A stretch of 64,000 nt of DNA. Origin: Nitrosopumilus sp. (GTDB lineage: Archaea; Thermoproteota; Nitrososphaeria; Nitrososphaerales; Nitrosopumilaceae). A program made the position numbers and the translations under genes. Location: the NCBI GenBank assembly GCA_965218695.1, contig OZ244651.1, positions 1,408,001-1,472,000 of the forward strand, written 5' to 3'. The notes beneath the pieces are model-generated. The model had not been told where the DNA came from and searched no databases. It saw only the letters and a program-made list of their open reading frames with translations. Below, one piece after another: positions 60,423 to 64,000 of the stretch (the first letter of the stretch is position 1; every line of letters starts with the position of its first letter).

Positions 60423-61331
60423 TCACCGGAGTATCTTTCGGAGCCCTGCACACCGGTTTCTTATGGTAACCTCGGTGACTCCGGATGCAATTGATATGTC
60501 CTTTTGGGACTTGGTCTCGCCGGTACTGTTGCACGCAAGGTATAATGCAGCAGCTGCCATTCCCATCGGATCCTTGCCTGCCACCATGCCCACTTTTTTG
60601 GCCTCGTTTAGGATCGAGACTGCCTTGCGCTTGCTTTTTTCTGTCAGTTCGGCAACACTTGCAATTCTTGCAATTCCCCTCACGGGATCGACTACGGGCA
60701 TCTTCAGATCGAGTTCCCTAAAGATCAGCCGGTAGCACCTTGCAACGTCCTTTCTTCTGATGTTGATTCCGTTTGCAATATCATCCAGCGTCCTTGGCGT
60801 CTCGGTGTTTCGGCATGAGGCATAAATGCATGCTGCAACAAGTCCCTGAATGGAGCGGCCCCGGACCAGTTTTTTTTCCATGGCCTTTCTGTAAATGTAT
60901 GCGGCCTTTTCCACAACCACATCGGTTAATGCAATCTTGTCCTTTAGCTTGTCCATCTCATTGAGGGCATGGCGCAGGTTTCGGTCTGCAGACGTATGCG
61001 CTTGCGTCCTGCTATCCCAGGTTCTCAGCCTCTCAATGGTGGTCTTTACACTGGCAGACAGGGGCTTTCCGGTAGAGTCCTTGTTGGCCACGCCGATAAT
61101 AGTTGACAGCCCCATATCGTGCATCTTCAATGACGAACCGGCTCCAACGCGCGTCCTGCTGACATCGTCGCTTGAAAATGAGCGCCACTCGGCACCGGTA
61201 TCAATAATCTTGTCGGTGACAACGATTCCACATCTTCCACAAAACATCTCTCCGGTATTGTCGTCGGTAACGATCCTCTTGTTGCCGCATGCGGGGCACC
61301 GCGATCCAGAGATCATGGAGTTTACAAGCAT
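60423..61331 (-). CDS. tfb: transcription initiation factor IIB
   Basis: Zn ribbon CPAC/CGRC, AEWRSF, cyclin repeats, GVTEVTIRNR. Confidence 0.96.
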   Translation of the reverse strand: MLVNSMISGSRCPACGNKRIVTDDNTGEMFCGRCGIVVTDKIIDTGAEWRSFSSDDVSRTRVGAGSSLKMHDMGLSTIIGVANKDSTGKPLSASVKTTIERLRTWDSRTQAHTSADRNLRHALNEMDKLKDKIALTDVVVEKAAYIYRKAMEKKLVRGRSIQGLVAACIYASCRNTETPRTLDDIANGINIRRKDVARCYRLIFRELDLKMPVVDPVRGIARIASVAELTEKSKRKAVSILNEAKKVGMVAGKDPMGMAAAALYLACNSTGETKSQKDISIASGVTEVTIRNRCAGLRKILR

Positions 61332-61520
61332 GGCATTCTGAGCCCCTATTCCTTATTATCAGTTTTACACACTTTCTAAAGGTTAACTGTGTGTAGGTTA
61401 AGCTAAGCGGCCGCATCCGTGGCATGCCCGCAAATGCAGTTGCAGGAATGCGCATGCAGGTGCAGGCATCAAAGCCAAGCGGCACGGTGTTTTATTGCCG
61501 GGGATTACACGTAAGAATAG

Positions 61521-61703
61521 TCAGGCCTTGCAGTCGTCACACGCGACGTCGTTAAAGCACCTGCAGCAAAATACTCTGCCGCAATCCTGGCATTTCAGGC
61601 CGTCGCGGTAAATTCCGCACCAGCTGCACCACAGGTTTCCGCATTCGCTGCATTTGCCGGAATCTACTTCCGCCAGTGCATGGCCGCAGGTATGGCATTC
61701 CAT
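61521..61703 (-). CDS. small Cys-rich zinc-finger protein
   Basis: Six CxxC pairs in 60 aa. Confidence 0.65.
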   Translation of the reverse strand: MECHTCGHALAEVDSGKCSECGNLWCSWCGIYRDGLKCQDCGRVFCCRCFNDVACDDCKA

Positions 61704-62260
61704 GAAATAACAACGCGCACTTTCTAGAAAAGGTTATTCATGTTCTTCCAAGAATTTGCAAGTGCCGCAGTAGCGCCAGCTGCGAAATGCTGACACGATC
61801 CCGGCCTGTCGCGTAGCCGGCTCCGACCGGTATTTGTCTTGCCCCGGTCGGTCCAATGAATTGTGCGGTGACAGGCATCTTAAAGCGTCAAAAAAGTTCT
61901 GTGAACTTGCCAAAATACTTAATTTGGTCATGGAGTATGTCATTTTTTGCAAAATTCGCCGTAATGGTGGATTCTCTGTAACCTCGAGGCGATACGAGGA
62001 GTTGGCAGCAGGTACATGGCGAATTTATTCGCCCCAAAATCTAGAATAATATGCGCAGTCTTGCGGCACTTCGATGTGCCCGGGAAATTTTACTTGACGG
62101 GCGCGTCTTGCCACGCTTTGATCCAAATGTTGATGATTTAGACGGTTGTATGCTCCGGCCGATTTTCAGGCATTGAGCGTGTCCTGAATCTGCATTACGG
62201 CGTATTTGTATTATTTTAGAAAAATGGCCGATTACGCACAAGATCTGACAGGCTGCTGCA

Positions 62261-62853
62261 TCAGGGCTGCTGTTCGGGCGGGTTCGCAGTCAGGCTGTTT
62301 TCTTCTGCGACGCTTTCGGGATCCGCTGCATCCGGGATGCCGCGCAGGAGCGTCCTGGTTCTTCTTGCAGTCCAGCATGCGGCAAGGACGGGGGCCGGCG
62401 CGTACACCCCTGCCATTGCCAGCATCGTCACCGCCCCGATGGTCACGACGGATGCCTTGGAGTCGGGGTCCGCTGCAGACATGATCCCCAGAATGTAGAG
62501 GGCCGGCGTAATGGTGGTTCTGATGATCCCGCGAAGCTCGATGTTGTTTGAGGTCGCATACCCCATCACGTTGCGCAGTTCGGCGCTAGAGTACGTACCC
62601 ACCACCGAGTCTATTCAGTGCGCCTTGATCGCGGCAAGCTTCTCTAGGGCGCTGGCAGGGCTTGTCGCGCTGTCCTCCACCACGATCTCGAGTTCCCATC
62701 CGGCTCCCCCCTCCTGCAGGTACCGGTTTATTTCAGACTCTGCAACATCCAAGGTAACACGTATGTCCTGGCCGTGGAGGGAACCGTCGTCCGTGATGGG
62801 CACGAGTGCGCCTATCTGGACCGTCCCCTCTAGGTGCGGGAAGGTCTGACTGT
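62261..62853 (-). pseudogene. remnant of a LivJ-type substrate-binding protein with CFI-box-type membrane tail
   Basis: VQIGALVPIT...VEDSATSP...H*IDSVVGTYSSAEL; internal TGA at 62615; tail resembles that of 3880-4200. Confidence 0.7.
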
Positions 62854-64000
62854 CAGTCTGGCCATCGCGACAGTGCCGGGGGCGGCAAGCAAACATGCTG
62901 CGGCAATGCAGTTAAGTCAAATGTGCGCCCCAACTACGGAGGCGGTTCAGGCTCCGGTTTGATCTCGAACATGGCCATCATCAAGGTCTCCAAAAATGTG
63001 ATCTGTGCAATGACTGGCTCGCCGTCCCATCGGGATTGTGCCAACTCGACGTTTGCGCACACCCACATGTTGTACATGAGCAGCGCGTACGCAAAGTAAA
63101 TCGTCCTGGGGGCCACGCCGGCGCTCGAGGTCTTTATCCGGGTATTTTCGATCATCCGGTATCCGGTCTCTATCCCCCAGCGCATGGCGTACTTTTCAAC
63201 GTCAAGCCAGGGGGCGTTCGTGGCAAACATGATGAATTTTTCTTCAGGCTTTAGATCCTTCTTTTCTTTCTTCTTTTTGCTGATTCTCTTTCTTGGGACG
63301 ATGATTCCATAGTATGACGCGCTGATCTTGTCGGGGTTGGAGATGCTCATCTTGGATACCTTTTTGGATCCGGTGGATGCATGGTGTGCCAGAGCCTTCT
63401 TGATGGGACCTGTGTTGATGCACGGAATCAGGTACCGCACTCCCGTGGAGTCAAGCGTCCTGATCACGTCCGTGGAGTAAAACTCGCGGTCAAGCAAGAA
63501 CAGTCTGGGGTTTACGCCTGCATGCCTGACTTGTTCGATGATTTTACGCACGAAAACTGCATTCAAGGAGTGCTGCGTCATGTTCAGGACCGCAAGGTTC
63601 AGCCGCGAGCCCGCGTTGACGCATTGGGCCGTGATGTACGTCTCAAACACGTTCGTGCCACCCTTGCGCTTGCTGCGCACCAGCTTGTTCTCCCATTTTT
63701 TGTCGTACCGCGGTATGAGGTGCTTGTCTATTGCCACGACGGGTCTTTTTGGGAACCTTCCTGCTGCCCTGATCGAGGCGACCTGCCCGGATATGATCGT
63801 GCCGATGCATCCTTCCGCGAGACCAGTCTCTACGTTCTTTGTGCGTTGCCTGAACCACTCTGCAGTCGGCATGCGGGGGTTCCGTGCAGAAGTCGCCATC
63901 CTCGACTCCCGGATGGCTGTTACGACCGACGTCAGGTTGGAGCCGGTCATCACCGCCTTTATCATCATCTTGTGGAATATTTCGGGATCGTAGACGGTGT
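62854..64000 (-). mobile_element. ISH3-like IS, running off the window
   Basis: CAGTC end as in 4963; other end not visible. Confidence 0.75.
62934..63968 (-). CDS. ISH3-like DDE transposase (may be 5' partial)
   Basis: AIDKHLIPRY, LDREFY, RWGIETGYR; PEPPP end as in 5045-6235. Confidence 0.9.
   Translation of the reverse strand: MMIKAVMTGSNLTSVVTAIRESRMATSARNPRMPTAEWFRQRTKNVETGLAEGCIGTIISGQVASIRAAGRFPKRPVVAIDKHLIPRYDKKWENKLVRSKRKGGTNVFETYITAQCVNAGSRLNLAVLNMTQHSLNAVFVRKIIEQVRHAGVNPRLFLLDREFYSTDVIRTLDSTGVRYLIPCINTGPIKKALAHHASTGSKKVSKMSISNPDKISASYYGIIVPRKRISKKKKEKKDLKPEEKFIMFATNAPWLDVEKYAMRWGIETGYRMIENTRIKTSSAGVAPRTIYFAYALLMYNMWVCANVELAQSRWDGEPVIAQITFLETLMMAMFEIKPEPEPPP

Noticed and set aside
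62041-62248. Possible second MITE (TAGAATAATATGCGCAGTC ... GATTACGCACAAGATCTGA)
   Set aside because: The end match is weak, there is no clear TSD, and the interior differs from the 20501 element.

Overview
Archaeal chromosomal DNA, most likely from an ammonia-oxidising Nitrososphaerota (Thaumarchaeota) lineage of Nitrosopumilaceae/Cenarchaeum type. This is inferred from TFB, split methylmalonyl-CoA mutase with epimerase and MeaB, CFI-box-CTERM proteins, Nre and class III PhaEC. A GC-rich housekeeping backbone carries about 20 IS/MITE insertions (ISH3, IS5, IS66, IS630 types), roughly 25 of the 64 kb by my hand-summed boundaries. I read their terminal repeats and target duplications directly. 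Removing them on paper restores four hidden genes. (1) An AT-rich McrB-like GTPase with a putative modified-base reader, cut into six pieces over 9.6 kb, with an intact frame of about 604 codons. (2) A DUF3800 gene cut by four elements and followed by a two-hairpin candidate ncRNA. (3-4) Two surface proteins. Other highlights are an HNH-HIT fusion lacking the HIT nucleophile, a PHA cluster (phaE-phaC, AbrB/PhaR-like, phasin-like, hydrolase), a conserved start-codon hairpin in IS66 elements and trinucleotide microsatellites. Family calls come from motif recognition only; no database search was run. No rRNA, tRNA or CRISPR array was seen.
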